64,000 nucleotides of DNA from Leptospirales bacterium (GTDB lineage: Bacteria > Spirochaetota > Leptospiria > Leptospirales > Leptonemataceae). The notes below the pieces were generated by a model. It worked only from the letters and a program-made list of their open reading frames with translations, ran no database searches and had not been told where the DNA came from. Positions 19,256 through 28,268 of the stretch are shown piece by piece. The stretch spans positions 70,299 through 134,298 of the forward strand of contig CBDEUV010000001.1 in NCBI GenBank assembly GCA_965243385.1, written 5' to 3'. The translations under genes and the position numbers were made by a program. Position 1 is the stretch's first letter, and the number at the start of each line of letters is the position of its first letter.

Positions 19256-20992
19256 TCAGGTGGCGGCCCCCTGCCTGCTGCAGTCCGCGATCATTTCCGG
19301 TGAAATCGCGTAGTCGTCGAACCAGCGATTGCCCAGTGGCCGGTCTACCTGTACGATCGCGTCCGTAGAATACGTCAGGACCTTTCGGTTCCAATCGACG
19401 ATAGCCTTGCGCAACCCTGCAGGGGCGCGCCGGTCTTCGCGCAACACCGCATCGTATTCTTCCGTCAGCGCTCGCGATCGTTCCAGACGATCCAGGGCGG
19501 CGGCGCCGTCCGCAGGACTGAGCCGTCCGGTCTCCATTTTATGGCGCGTCATGCTTCCGAGCGCGTCATACACCAGCGGCAAAAATTGTTTCCTGGAAAG
19601 CCACCTGGTTTCGTAATTCAGGCGATAGTTCCAGCGGGGTTCTTCCAGAGCGGCGACGTGTTCGCTCAGCCCGCGAAAGAATACGCGATAGCCGTGCTTT
19701 TCCGGTTCTTCAAAAAAGCGGGAGCCTGGATCCAGAAAAGGCGCCATTGGAGTCAGTGTGGGAACGACCCGCGTTTCGTGCGCGAAGCGATCCATGAGTC
19801 GTCTTGAATAGGCGACGGTTCGCATGACCGACTCGGGGGTCTGACGCGGCATACCGATAAAAAACCAGACGTAAACGCCTTTTACCCCTTCGCCGAGGGC
19901 CATCTCAATCCAGTCTTCCATCTGTCGCATCGAATAGACGCCCCGCCCCGACAGACGACTCACGTCGGCGTCGCTCGACTCTGGTGAAAGATTGATGTAC
20001 AGGCCCGCCCGGCCCGCGGCGTGAACCATGCGACGCAGGGATGCGCGCTTCGCGAGGTGAAATTGTTCGAGGGCGACCGAGCCGACGCGTCCGCTGTCGC
20101 CGACAGCCTGCAGGTACTCCACCAGGCGGCTTGTGGGTTCCGAATAGGCCTGCAACGAATATATATTCACGGGAGCCGGCAGCCGGTTGATCGATTCGAC
20201 TTCCCGATCCAGAGCGCGCTGTCCGCGAAAGATCACGGTCTTTTTATCCAGTCCCATGATATTGCGGTAGGCGAAACGCGACCCGCCGCACCAACCGCAG
20301 TCGTGCGCGCAACCGGAGTTGGGCAGGATCATCAGTGTCGGCAGATTCAGGAGATTGATTCCGGTCGGCAGATAATACGACCAATCCACGTCCGTATCGT
20401 TGAGCTTCTCCGGTAAATAGTTGAACGGGGTTTCGTTAATATCGCCGCTGCGATCCTTAAAGCTCAGGTTCGGAATATTTTTTAGTTCGTCGCGACGACT
20501 CTCACAGATCGCGCTTACCAGTTTACAGGTCGGCTCCAGCGTATCGTATCCGGCGATCACGACGTCCACCTGCGGGTAACGAATCAATTCGTCCCGATAG
20601 TACGTGGCCGATATGCCCCCGAAGATGACGAATGTTTCCGGCCGGCGCCGTTTGAGTTCCGCGGCCGCCGCCAGAGAGCCCTGGCAATGGATCATCCAGT
20701 GCAAATCGAAGCCGATCACCGGAGCATCCAGTCGTTCGAGCAAACGTCCCGCGTCGAGATCCGGGAAACGTAACATCAACGACGCCAGGTTAACGATCTC
20801 CACCCGCAGGCCTCTGGCCTTCAGATAACTGGCCAGGGATAAAAAACCCACGGGATACATTTCGAAGACCGGAGTGATATTCACGCTGAGCGAATCCGCG
20901 AGAGCACCGAAGATCAGGTCGTCGCGCTCCCGAAAGTCGAAGACCGACGGGGCGTGGACGAGAATCAAATCTGCCTGAATCGTAGTACTCAT
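19256..20992 (-). CDS. B12-binding-domain radical SAM enzyme (class B, methyltransferase-like)
   Basis: 578 aa. An N-terminal Rossmann-like, cobalamin-type domain is followed by a CxxxCxxC cluster, 'GCAHDCGWCGG'. Confidence 0.75.
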   Translation of the reverse strand: MSTTIQADLILVHAPSVFDFRERDDLIFGALADSLSVNITPVFEMYPVGFLSLASYLKARGLRVEIVNLASLMLRFPDLDAGRLLERLDAPVIGFDLHWMIHCQGSLAAAAELKRRRPETFVIFGGISATYYRDELIRYPQVDVVIAGYDTLEPTCKLVSAICESRRDELKNIPNLSFKDRSGDINETPFNYLPEKLNDTDVDWSYYLPTGINLLNLPTLMILPNSGCAHDCGWCGGSRFAYRNIMGLDKKTVIFRGQRALDREVESINRLPAPVNIYSLQAYSEPTSRLVEYLQAVGDSGRVGSVALEQFHLAKRASLRRMVHAAGRAGLYINLSPESSDADVSRLSGRGVYSMRQMEDWIEMALGEGVKGVYVWFFIGMPRQTPESVMRTVAYSRRLMDRFAHETRVVPTLTPMAPFLDPGSRFFEEPEKHGYRVFFRGLSEHVAALEEPRWNYRLNYETRWLSRKQFLPLVYDALGSMTRHKMETGRLSPADGAAALDRLERSRALTEEYDAVLREDRRAPAGLRKAIVDWNRKVLTYSTDAIVQVDRPLGNRWFDDYAISPEMIADCSRQGAAT

Positions 20993-21023
20993 GATGGTCT
21001 GGCCGGAGCGGACTGCCAGCCGC

Positions 21024-22451
21024 TCAAACGGTGTTTGTGGCCCGCCGCTTTCGGGTTCCCGCGGGGAATAGAAGCTCCAGGGACTCGTCCCGCCGGCAGG
21101 TTTTGGAGTAAAAGTCTTCGCGGTTGATCACCAGGTTTTTATAACCTTCAAACATTTTCTGATCGCGGCCTATAAGATCGAAGAGCTCTTCGTACTTCGC
21201 CGAGTTTTCGAAGAAATCTCCGGCCAGAATATAGTGACCGGCGGCCAGGGCGTCTGCGGAATCCCGCGCGAGAACGGACCCCGCCGCGGCGAAATTAACA
21301 GCGTGCGGGTCGTAATACAGACGAATCAGCTTGTACACCACGTCGTACGCGCGGTTGATCAGATCGTAGACCTGGACCAACGGGCCTTTGCCGACACCGT
21401 GCTCTTCCGGATGCTCAAGGATCTGATGCAGTGCGTCGCCCAATAGCGTTCCGCTTTTCATCGAAAGATATACGCCGCTGGAAAAGATCGGATCGATAAA
21501 ACGCGAAGCGTCTCCGACCAGCGCGAAATTCGCTCCGAATTTTTCTTCGGAAAAATATGAATAGTCGCCTTCGACTCGCGGCGCCATAGTCAGCTCCGCG
21601 CCCGCGGTCAGCTCTCGGGTAAACTCGGTCTTCTGGATTTCTGCTCGAAAGAGATCGGCTTTCCAGTCTTCGCCGCCGTCTTTCTGAATCGCTTCTTTCT
21701 GAACCGCTTCTTTCGCCGCCTGAAAGCCGGCGTTGTCCATGACCACTCCCAGAGTCACCGTGTCGGGTCCGAGCGGAAAGATCCACATCCAGCCTTTGCG
21801 ATCCCCGCCGAGATACATGATGATCGAAGTGCCCTCTTCAAGGCCGCCGCTCAATTCGCGTATTCCGGAGAAGTGGCTCCAGATCGCCGTCCGGGCCAGG
21901 CCCGCGTGCGGTTTGCGCTGGCCTCGCTTGTTTGAAAGAAATCCGGAACGTCCCGTGGCATCGACCAGGAATCGAGCGCGATATTCGCGTTCGCCGCCAT
22001 CGGGGCCGTTCGCTCTGACCAGAACCCCTGCTCCCGCTCCTTCCAGGTCGACCGCGGTCGCCCGGGTTTCTTCGCGCACGACGACACCCTTCGAGCGGGC
22101 GTTTTCCAGCAGGATCTGATCGAATTCGGCACGTTTGACCTGAAAGGAAAGATAGCTCTCGTCGTGCAACACGTGATCGAAGCACCAATAGGTGGAATAC
22201 GAATTGTCCGGACTGGCGAAACGCACGCCGGGTTTACGAACGAAACTGCCCTTCATTTGATCGAGCACGCCGATTCGTTTGAAGATGTCGTAACAAAACG
22301 GCAGCAACGATTCGCCCACGTGCTCCCGGGGGAATTTCTCTTTTTCGAGCAGGAGTACGGAATGACCTTGCTGGGCGAGTACGCAGCTCGTGGTCGAACC
22401 GGCCGGTCCACCGCCCATTACGATTACGTCGGCGTCATATTTGTTGTTCAT
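21024..22451 (-). CDS. FAD-dependent oxidoreductase, probable flavin-dependent halogenase (PltA/CmlS type)
   Basis: 475 aa. Motifs: dinucleotide fold 'VIVMGGGPAGS', 'REHVGESLLP', a WxWxIP-like 'GWMWIFPL' and 'GDASRFIDPIFSSGV'. Confidence 0.7.
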   Translation of the reverse strand: MNNKYDADVIVMGGGPAGSTTSCVLAQQGHSVLLLEKEKFPREHVGESLLPFCYDIFKRIGVLDQMKGSFVRKPGVRFASPDNSYSTYWCFDHVLHDESYLSFQVKRAEFDQILLENARSKGVVVREETRATAVDLEGAGAGVLVRANGPDGGEREYRARFLVDATGRSGFLSNKRGQRKPHAGLARTAIWSHFSGIRELSGGLEEGTSIIMYLGGDRKGWMWIFPLGPDTVTLGVVMDNAGFQAAKEAVQKEAIQKDGGEDWKADLFRAEIQKTEFTRELTAGAELTMAPRVEGDYSYFSEEKFGANFALVGDASRFIDPIFSSGVYLSMKSGTLLGDALHQILEHPEEHGVGKGPLVQVYDLINRAYDVVYKLIRLYYDPHAVNFAAAGSVLARDSADALAAGHYILAGDFFENSAKYEELFDLIGRDQKMFEGYKNLVINREDFYSKTCRRDESLELLFPAGTRKRRATNTV

Positions 22452-22493
22452 CGTGATTTTCTCTTTTCCTGTACATTCAGTCGCCCGCTGCGC

Positions 22494-23678
22494 TCAGAGT
22501 CCGAGCAGGCCCGCAATCAGATTTTTTTGAATTTCGGTGGTGCCCGAATACAGCCGGCTGGCCAGGGCGTCCCTTAACTCTCGCTCAATTTCAGTTTCCT
22601 GGAGATAGCCTCTACCCCCGAAAATCTGCAGCGCGTCCAAACAGGTCTGAACATAAGCTTCACTGACGACGCACTTCACCATAGCCGCCTGCATAAAGAT
22701 CATCTCGCCCTGTTGTTTGCTCCAGGCGGCGCGGTACAGCAGGCCGCGGGCCTGCTCCAGACGCAGCTGCATGTCGACGATTTTTTCCGCGATCATCTGG
22801 TATTTGCCGATCGCCTGGCCGCCCTGCTTTCTTTTGCGTGCGAAGGCGATGCACTGCTCCATGATTCGGCGGATTGTCCCGATCGCGGGCGCCAGAATAA
22901 AAGCGCGCTCCCACTCCATAATATGATTGAATAGAGCCATGCCCGCGCCTTCGGCGCCGAGCAATCGATTCGCCGGCACGCGACAGTCTTCGAGAATTAA
23001 TTCGCCCATTTGAGCGGTGCGAACGCCCATTTTCGAATTTTTGATCACCCGGAGACCTTCCGTTTCCCGATCCACCAGAAAACAACTGATGCCGTCCGCG
23101 CCCGATCCACTTCCGGTGCGCGCGAAAACCAGAAAGATGGTCGCAACGGGCCCGTTCGTAACGAACAGCTTTCGGCCGTTTAGTATATAATCCGCGCCGT
23201 CGTTCAGGGCGCGCGTAGTCATAGCATAAATATCCGAGCCGGCCGCAGCTTCGCTCGCAGCGTGCGCTCCAATGAATTCGCCGGAGCACAGCCCCGGTAA
23301 GTACTCTGCTTTCTGGGAATCCGTTCCGAAGTGCAGAAGGGGCGTCTGACAGGCCCACATCTGCGCGTTCAAACCGAAAACCAGCCCGTTGTCGCGACAA
23401 GCGTACCCAAAGGCTTCCAGCCCGCGAATGGTCGTTAAAAGATCATATTCGCCCCCGCCGTAAACGCGGGGCACGATCGTTCCGGGAATTCCCCGGGAAC
23501 AACACTTGCGCCAGCCCTCCGCGTTAAAACTTTGCTCCGCGTCGAGAGCGATGATCTCCGAATCGATCCGGGAGTCGCGGACGAATTCCAGGATTTCCTG
23601 GTGATGCGATTCCTGCCCGGCAGACCACTCGAAATTCATGTCGGAACCCGTAACGAGAACGTCATACTCGAAAATCAC
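22494..23678 (-). CDS. Acyl-CoA dehydrogenase family flavoprotein (PltE/CloN3-like candidate)
   Basis: 394 aa with ACAD N, middle and C-terminal domains ('FIGAHAASEAAAGSD', 'FVTNGPVA', 'LQIFGGRGY', 'RLYSGTTEIQKNLIA'). The listed start is a GTG. An ATG at 23639 is an alternative. Confidence 0.85.
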   Translation of the reverse strand: MIFEYDVLVTGSDMNFEWSAGQESHHQEILEFVRDSRIDSEIIALDAEQSFNAEGWRKCCSRGIPGTIVPRVYGGGEYDLLTTIRGLEAFGYACRDNGLVFGLNAQMWACQTPLLHFGTDSQKAEYLPGLCSGEFIGAHAASEAAAGSDIYAMTTRALNDGADYILNGRKLFVTNGPVATIFLVFARTGSGSGADGISCFLVDRETEGLRVIKNSKMGVRTAQMGELILEDCRVPANRLLGAEGAGMALFNHIMEWERAFILAPAIGTIRRIMEQCIAFARKRKQGGQAIGKYQMIAEKIVDMQLRLEQARGLLYRAAWSKQQGEMIFMQAAMVKCVVSEAYVQTCLDALQIFGGRGYLQETEIERELRDALASRLYSGTTEIQKNLIAGLLGL

Positions 23679-23976
23679 TCAAGAATTCGCGCTCCAGTGA
23701 TTCGCCTCGTAAACTGATCGGGTTATATCAGCCTCGTCCGGGATTGTAAATAGCCCAAATGGTATACTGTTGAACAACGGGCAGATTATTTTCGCGAAAA
23801 AAATCAATTAGCTCAGGTTTCTTCTAACTTAAGCATGGATTAAATTTACTAACTATGAATGCGGGCGAAACGCCGAGCAGGAATCGCGCGGGATGCCGCT
23901 CTTGTGTTGGACGAATCCTCTGGGGACCGGGCCGCTACGAGATCTGCGGCGCACGCAAGCATACGCCTGGCTTTTT

Positions 23977-25511
23977 GAATTCTGAACGCGGCGTGCGGAA
24001 TTCCTCCTGAAGGCCGTCGCAACTGAGATTTCCATGACCCCGAAGAACATCCCCCCACAGCATGGCCCGAAGCCGGCGACCGGCATGTCGGTTTTTGATT
24101 CAGCAATGAAACACGTTAGATTTAGCAAGCGTACATACAGTACAAATATAAAGGTCGCATTCTGTCTGGGACTTTTGCCGCCGGAGTTGGCCGCATTGAT
24201 TCCGTCATCCACGAGAGCGGACTGGCGAAGGCGCGGTTTCACGCATTTTTTTGGATTGAATTTCCCGGGCCCCGTACTCGGAGACGTTCAGTTCCACCGC
24301 GAATTCGTCAGCGTCCCGGCGTTGCGTGCGATCGCGAAGGCTTTGTTTCGACTGTATCGCTTTTATGCGCGCGCCACCGGGCAAATTCGGGGGGCTAAGA
24401 AATTCTGGAAAAACAATCGTGAAAAGATCGTGGCGGCAGTGCAGTCTCTGCGGCCTGCTTTTGGCTTGAAGCGCGCCTGTCGTATGCTGCGAATTACGGT
24501 TTCGAAATTCTATCGCTGGCGAGACGCGGTCGCCTGTGTTTCGTCCAGCAGAGGCGTGTGTCGCAAGCGACATCCCACCCAGATTTCGTCCGCCGAGGAG
24601 CGCGCGGTTCGCGATTACGTGAACGATCCCCGTTTCGCCGGTTTCAGTATTGTAAATATCTGGCTGCAGATGATGCGGGACGGAGCGGCGGCGTTTGGCC
24701 TCTCTACGTTTCGAAAGTACGCCCGAATGTGCGAAACCACGCCCGAAAGATTTCACAAAGCACGACCACCGGCCGGTATTCGCGCGGAGCGAAAGCTGGA
24801 GCTACTGCATATGGATAGCACGGTTTTTCATCTGGCGGATCGCCGACGCATGTGGATTCATTTGATCATCGACAATTTCTCTCGCGCGATTCTGGGCTGG
24901 CGACTGATGGAAAGCAATCGTTCGCTGGAAGTCGCGGCCAATCTGCGCGAGGTTTGCGAAACGTACAAGCTGCGCGAAAAGGGCGTCGTGGTTCTCGCGG
25001 ACGACGGTTCCGAAAACCAGGGCGCGGTCACTGAATTTCTCGCGGAGCCGGGCGGCATGGTTCGCCGACTGATCGCCCAGGTGGACATTCGGCCCTCGAA
25101 CAGCATGGTGGAAGCCGTCAACAAGGTTTTGAAAAATCAGTTTCTTTTACCGCTGAAAACCGCGTTGCGCACCGCTCGCGAGCTTGAAAAAGCGCTCGCT
25201 CAGCAAATCGAACGCTATAATCATACGCCGAAATTCGCGCTGCATGGTCTGACTCCGGCCGAAGTGCTGGCGGGGCAGATTCCCGATCCGAAAATTTTCG
25301 CTGACGCATTGAGAGACGCGCGAATCGAACGTATTGCTGTGAATCGCGCGGCAGCCTGCGGAGTTTGTTAGAACGAGCGCGAGAAAACGGGCGACCCCGA
25401 GCCGCTCAGTCTTTTTCGATACGCGGTCCCGGGTTCATTAGAGGGGGTTCGGATACCCGGATTCCGATTCTCGTTTTGGCGTGGTGAGTGCAGCGCGCCG
25501 TGCAGAATTGG
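23977..25511 (+). mobile_element. IS-like element (DDE transposase gene bracketed by related palindromic motifs)
   Basis: The transposase ORF is flanked by 'GAATTCTGAACGCGGCGTGCGGAATTC' (23977-24003) and '...GCGCGCCGTGCAGAATTGG' (25493-25511). I could not define the exact termini or a target-site duplication. Confidence 0.4.
24034..25371 (+). CDS. DDE (rve/integrase-core) transposase
   Basis: The catalytic core pattern is 'LHMDSTVF...HLIIDNFSRAILGW...VLADDGSENQG...MVEAVNKVLKNQF'. The N-terminus looks HTH-like. The true start is probably an internal ATG (e.g. MSVFDSAMKH...). Confidence 0.8.
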   Translation: MTPKNIPPQHGPKPATGMSVFDSAMKHVRFSKRTYSTNIKVAFCLGLLPPELAALIPSSTRADWRRRGFTHFFGLNFPGPVLGDVQFHREFVSVPALRAIAKALFRLYRFYARATGQIRGAKKFWKNNREKIVAAVQSLRPAFGLKRACRMLRITVSKFYRWRDAVACVSSSRGVCRKRHPTQISSAEERAVRDYVNDPRFAGFSIVNIWLQMMRDGAAAFGLSTFRKYARMCETTPERFHKARPPAGIRAERKLELLHMDSTVFHLADRRRMWIHLIIDNFSRAILGWRLMESNRSLEVAANLREVCETYKLREKGVVVLADDGSENQGAVTEFLAEPGGMVRRLIAQVDIRPSNSMVEAVNKVLKNQFLLPLKTALRTARELEKALAQQIERYNHTPKFALHGLTPAEVLAGQIPDPKIFADALRDARIERIAVNRAAACGVC

Positions 25512-25636
25512 TTGGGTCTTAGGGTGGTTGGTTTCGCCCCCGAAATGGTTTCTATTTCGCAGGGCTTCCGGCACGACTTAGTCTCGCACCTCGTGAGGAG
25601 GAAAGAATGTTCGATGCGCCTTGCTCGCCATCGGAC
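25491..25636. repeat. Cassette-flanking repeat, copy A (~146 bp)
   Basis: Aligns base-for-base, with scattered substitutions, to 28627-28771 in direct orientation. It contains a CGAAAT-N7-ATTTCG stem. It also has 'GAGGAGGAAAGA-ATG' followed by a 14-codon mini-ORF (25607-25651). Confidence 0.85.
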
Positions 25637-25657
25637 AGATTTGATGAATAAAATTCA

Positions 25658-26038
25658 TTATTGTTCCTGGTTTTCTAAAGGCCCACCAGTCTCTGCTTGC
25701 GCCGCCTCCATTTTCACCTGGCGCTCAATCAATCCAACGGACGTTCCAAGAATCACCGCGCCTGTAAAGAGCCAGACCTGAAATACTCTCTGCTTGCTGC
25801 GAAATTTTTCATGCAGTTGGAATAGACCGCCCATAATGGTTGCCAGTATGAATGGACCGAATACGCCACCACCGATTAAATACAGGAATCCATTAGGGCT
25901 GTCTGTGTCTATGACAGCGACCATAATGATCAGCAGTGGCACGCAACTCAAAAGGAGCAGAAACAAAGCGCCGAGCATCCAGAGGACATACGGTTCTTTC
26001 TCGTTTGATTTCGATTCGTTCATTTTTCTCTCAACCAA
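25658..26038 (-). CDS. Small membrane protein (3 predicted TM helices), unknown function
   Basis: 126 aa. Hydrophobic stretches include 'VLWMLGALFLLLLSCVPLLIIMVAVI', 'LYLIGGGVFGPFILATIMGGLF' and 'VWLFTGAVILGTSVGLI'. It lies between the two halves of repeat copy A. Composition is lower in GC than the surroundings. Confidence 0.5.
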   Translation of the reverse strand: MVERKMNESKSNEKEPYVLWMLGALFLLLLSCVPLLIIMVAVIDTDSPNGFLYLIGGGVFGPFILATIMGGLFQLHEKFRSKQRVFQVWLFTGAVILGTSVGLIERQVKMEAAQAETGGPLENQEQ

Positions 26039-26080
26039 ACTGTTTGAGTTTTATCCGAAAGCCAAATATCGCCCTGTATG

Positions 26081-26138
26081 CGACGACTTTTCGTCACCAC
26101 GCCGGGAACCAGCGCCGATGAGTTTTTGGACCTTACAC
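26081..26138. repeat. Conserved segment spanning the stop codon of a small (immunity-like) ORF, copy A'
   Basis: 'CGACGACTTTTCGTCACC...GCGCCGATGAGTTTTTGGACCTTACAC' is similar to 28803-28860. In both copies the segment's last six bases are the terminal Val and stop codons of the small ORF (minus-strand GTGTAA), and the rest is the sequence immediately 3' of the stop. Confidence 0.7.
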
Positions 26139-26570
26139 CTGCCGAGAAGGCCCTCCTGACAATTTCTGGACCCACTCGGGATTCAAGTTGGCTCTCTCTA
26201 GAATTTGCGATATTATTCTCACCTCTACCTCTTCTGGTTCAATCAACACAAATTGGGGGAGCGCGCTTTTGCGAAAAATAAAGATCACAGTGCTATCCAG
26301 GCGCGATTGCATCTCATCCACCGCATGACGCGCCAGCAGTGCAAGTTCGTCTTGTATGGGATGGTCCAACTCTAGTTTTTGAACAAGTGTTGGGTTATGC
26401 TTATCAATCAGCCACACGGACGAGCGGCCTTTCGCAAAGAACAGCTGCTTGTCTCTCGCCGGGCACATAAACAGCTCCTCTTCAGACTCAAGGTTGATCC
26501 CCTGCTTAAGCTCATTTCGAAGAGAACTGAAAAAATCTTGTATGGCCGGATCATTTGGATCGTTTATCAT
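26133..26570 (-). CDS. Putative immunity protein for the orphan toxin cassette
   Basis: 145 aa, acidic, no signal peptide. Its ATG directly abuts the toxin-cassette stop (TAAATG at 26568-26573). No recognisable family. The assignment rests on position only. Confidence 0.55.
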   Translation of the reverse strand: MINDPNDPAIQDFFSSLRNELKQGINLESEEELFMCPARDKQLFFAKGRSSVWLIDKHNPTLVQKLELDHPIQDELALLARHAVDEMQSRLDSTVIFIFRKSALPQFVLIEPEEVEVRIISQILERANLNPEWVQKLSGGPSRQV

Positions 26571-28268
26571 TTATCTTAACCTTATTCGCCTTGCAGCAAT
26601 GTCTTCAGGTATCAAGACCGAACTTTTTTGGCCGAGCCGAGAGAACATTAACCGATCGGCCACTGAAAATGAATGGTCCGTAACTGGATGAGTATGGGCT
26701 ATAACGCGCTTAACATTATGCGGGACAAAGATCTCAGTTTCCGATGTACCGAGCACTAATTGGCGTAGCCCATCGTTCGTACGAATCAGACCTACCTCTC
26801 TCCCTGTAGCAAATTGGATGTCTTTCATTATCTGGGAATTGATCTCACCACGCCCGATAGTTAGAAGGCCATCAGCCGAGTCTTCGAAATCTCGAATATA
26901 TTTTTGGGCTTCAGGGCTAATTTTGTTCCAGTTGCGCGTTGGAATCCAGTCATTTTTCGGTGAACCGAATTGCAAGTTCGAGCCTAACCGAGCCTCCGTG
27001 AGAGGGCCTGAGGCTCTGCCAAAATCGTCAATCGAATTCGCAAACCGTCGAGCCGTCCCCGCCTTCGCCGCAACACCAACGCCCGCCATCGCACTGGCAA
27101 CCTCAAAGCCTACCTGGCCGGCGTTAAACTGCCCCTGTATCCGAGCCGTAAAATTCGCCGGCTGGTAGAAGGCCTCCGGCGTTGAGGCGCCGTAAGCCAG
27201 GTTCAGTTTCGTCTTCAGGCCGTTCCAGAGACCGGAGACGTCATCTCCGAGGCTCGCCTTGCCTTCAATACGATCGGCAATTCCGCCAGAGACCTCGCCA
27301 AACACTCCTGCCAGACGGCCTACCTGACCGAGCGGATCGCTCACGAAACGCAGGACGTCCATCGCTCCCTGGCCTACCGCATTCGTGATACCACGATAAG
27401 CATTATTACCGATGTGGTAATAGGCGTTTTCATAATCGCGCGCGCCTTCCCAGCCGCCTTGTTCATAGGCATCCTTGTGCCCCTCAACTGCCTCCCGGTA
27501 CGCGGACGTGCTCGGATCGTTGAAATTCAGCACGTCATTCATCGTGTTCTGCGCCCCTCGCAACCAGTTATCCAGAGCCGAGAACGGATTGTACTTATGG
27601 TACAGACCGCCGGTTTTCAGATCCGTTTGCGAAACGCCCACTTTGCTCGTGCTGGCATAATTCATCAGCTGACCGTATTTCTGCATGCCGTACTGGTAAC
27701 CACGGAATGGAAGGGCCACTGTACTGCGACCGGCTTGAACAGCAGCGCTGCCCCATTCGCCCGCCGTCATATTGCGCGCTTGATTGTATTTGCCGGTGGC
27801 TTTGACGTCTGTGCTCTTAAGGCCCCAGTCATCGTATTTCTTCTGCAGGTAGCCCTGAGTTTTCCAGCCTGTCTGCTTGTCCACCCAGCCGGCCATTCCA
27901 TTAATCAGACCGTCTTGCAGGAGTAACCAACTGCTATCGCCGCGAGCCGCTTGCTGTTGAGCGACCTTCTGTTGCTGTTTGATCGCCGCCGCTTTCGCGA
28001 GCTCCGCCTGCTTGATTTGCTGCCGCCCGCGGTAGTCCGCGTTGATATACTTCTGATATTTATCCGCGAACTCGGTACTGAGACCTCGTTCACGCAGCTC
28101 GGCCTTCACCGCCAGTGCTTCCTTGATGCGTCCGCCCTTGTATAGTTTCTGGAACTCCTGGTTTTTCGCGTACGCGAATTCCGCGTCCGCATGCGATTGA
28201 AGCTTGCCGATGATTTCTTCGCGGCGATTCATCGAATAACCCATGCCGGCAATGATATCGCGCGCCTC
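26571..28268 (-). CDS. Orphan (5'-truncated) polymorphic-toxin C-terminal cassette with JAB/MPN-like motif
   Basis: The open frame runs to 28709, but similarity to the giant protein begins only at 'HEARDIIAGMGYSMNRREEI' (~28208-28268). The C-terminus carries 'EVGLIRT...AHTHPVTDHSFSVADRLMF' (HxHx7SxxD). No convincing start or RBS lies near the junction. Confidence 0.6.
   Translation of the reverse strand, partial: EARDIIAGMGYSMNRREEIIGKLQSHADAEFAYAKNQEFQKLYKGGRIKEALAVKAELRERGLSTEFADKYQKYINADYRGRQQIKQAELAKAAAIKQQQKVAQQQAARGDSSWLLLQDGLINGMAGWVDKQTGWKTQGYLQKKYDDWGLKSTDVKATGKYNQARNMTAGEWGSAAVQAGRSTVALPFRGYQYGMQKYGQLMNYASTSKVGVSQTDLKTGGLYHKYNPFSALDNWLRGAQNTMNDVLNFNDPSTSAYREAVEGHKDAYEQGGWEGARDYENAYYHIGNNAYRGITNAVGQGAMDVLRFVSDPLGQVGRLAGVFGEVSGGIADRIEGKASLGDDVSGLWNGLKTKLNLAYGASTPEAFYQPANFTARIQGQFNAGQVGFEVASAMAGVGVAAKAGTARRFANSIDDFGRASGPLTEARLGSNLQFGSPKNDWIPTRNWNKISPEAQKYIRDFEDSADGLLTIGRGEINSQIMKDIQFATGREVGLIRTNDGLRQLVLGTSETEIFVPHNVKRVIAHTHPVTDHSFSVADRLMFSRLGQKSSVLIPEDIAARRIRLR

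Noticed and set aside
22660-23400. 246-aa alternative-frame ORF inside the acyl-CoA dehydrogenase gene
   Set aside because: It is an off-frame ORF on the same strand with Arg/Gly-rich composition. The ACAD frame shows the family motifs.
25368-25574. 68-aa minus-strand ORF (MPEALRNRNHFGG...) and its counterpart at the start of the 712-aa ORF
   Set aside because: The similarity is explained by the nucleotide repeat itself. The two copies differ by many non-synonymous changes and the frames continue into unrelated sequence, so there is no evidence for a conserved protein.
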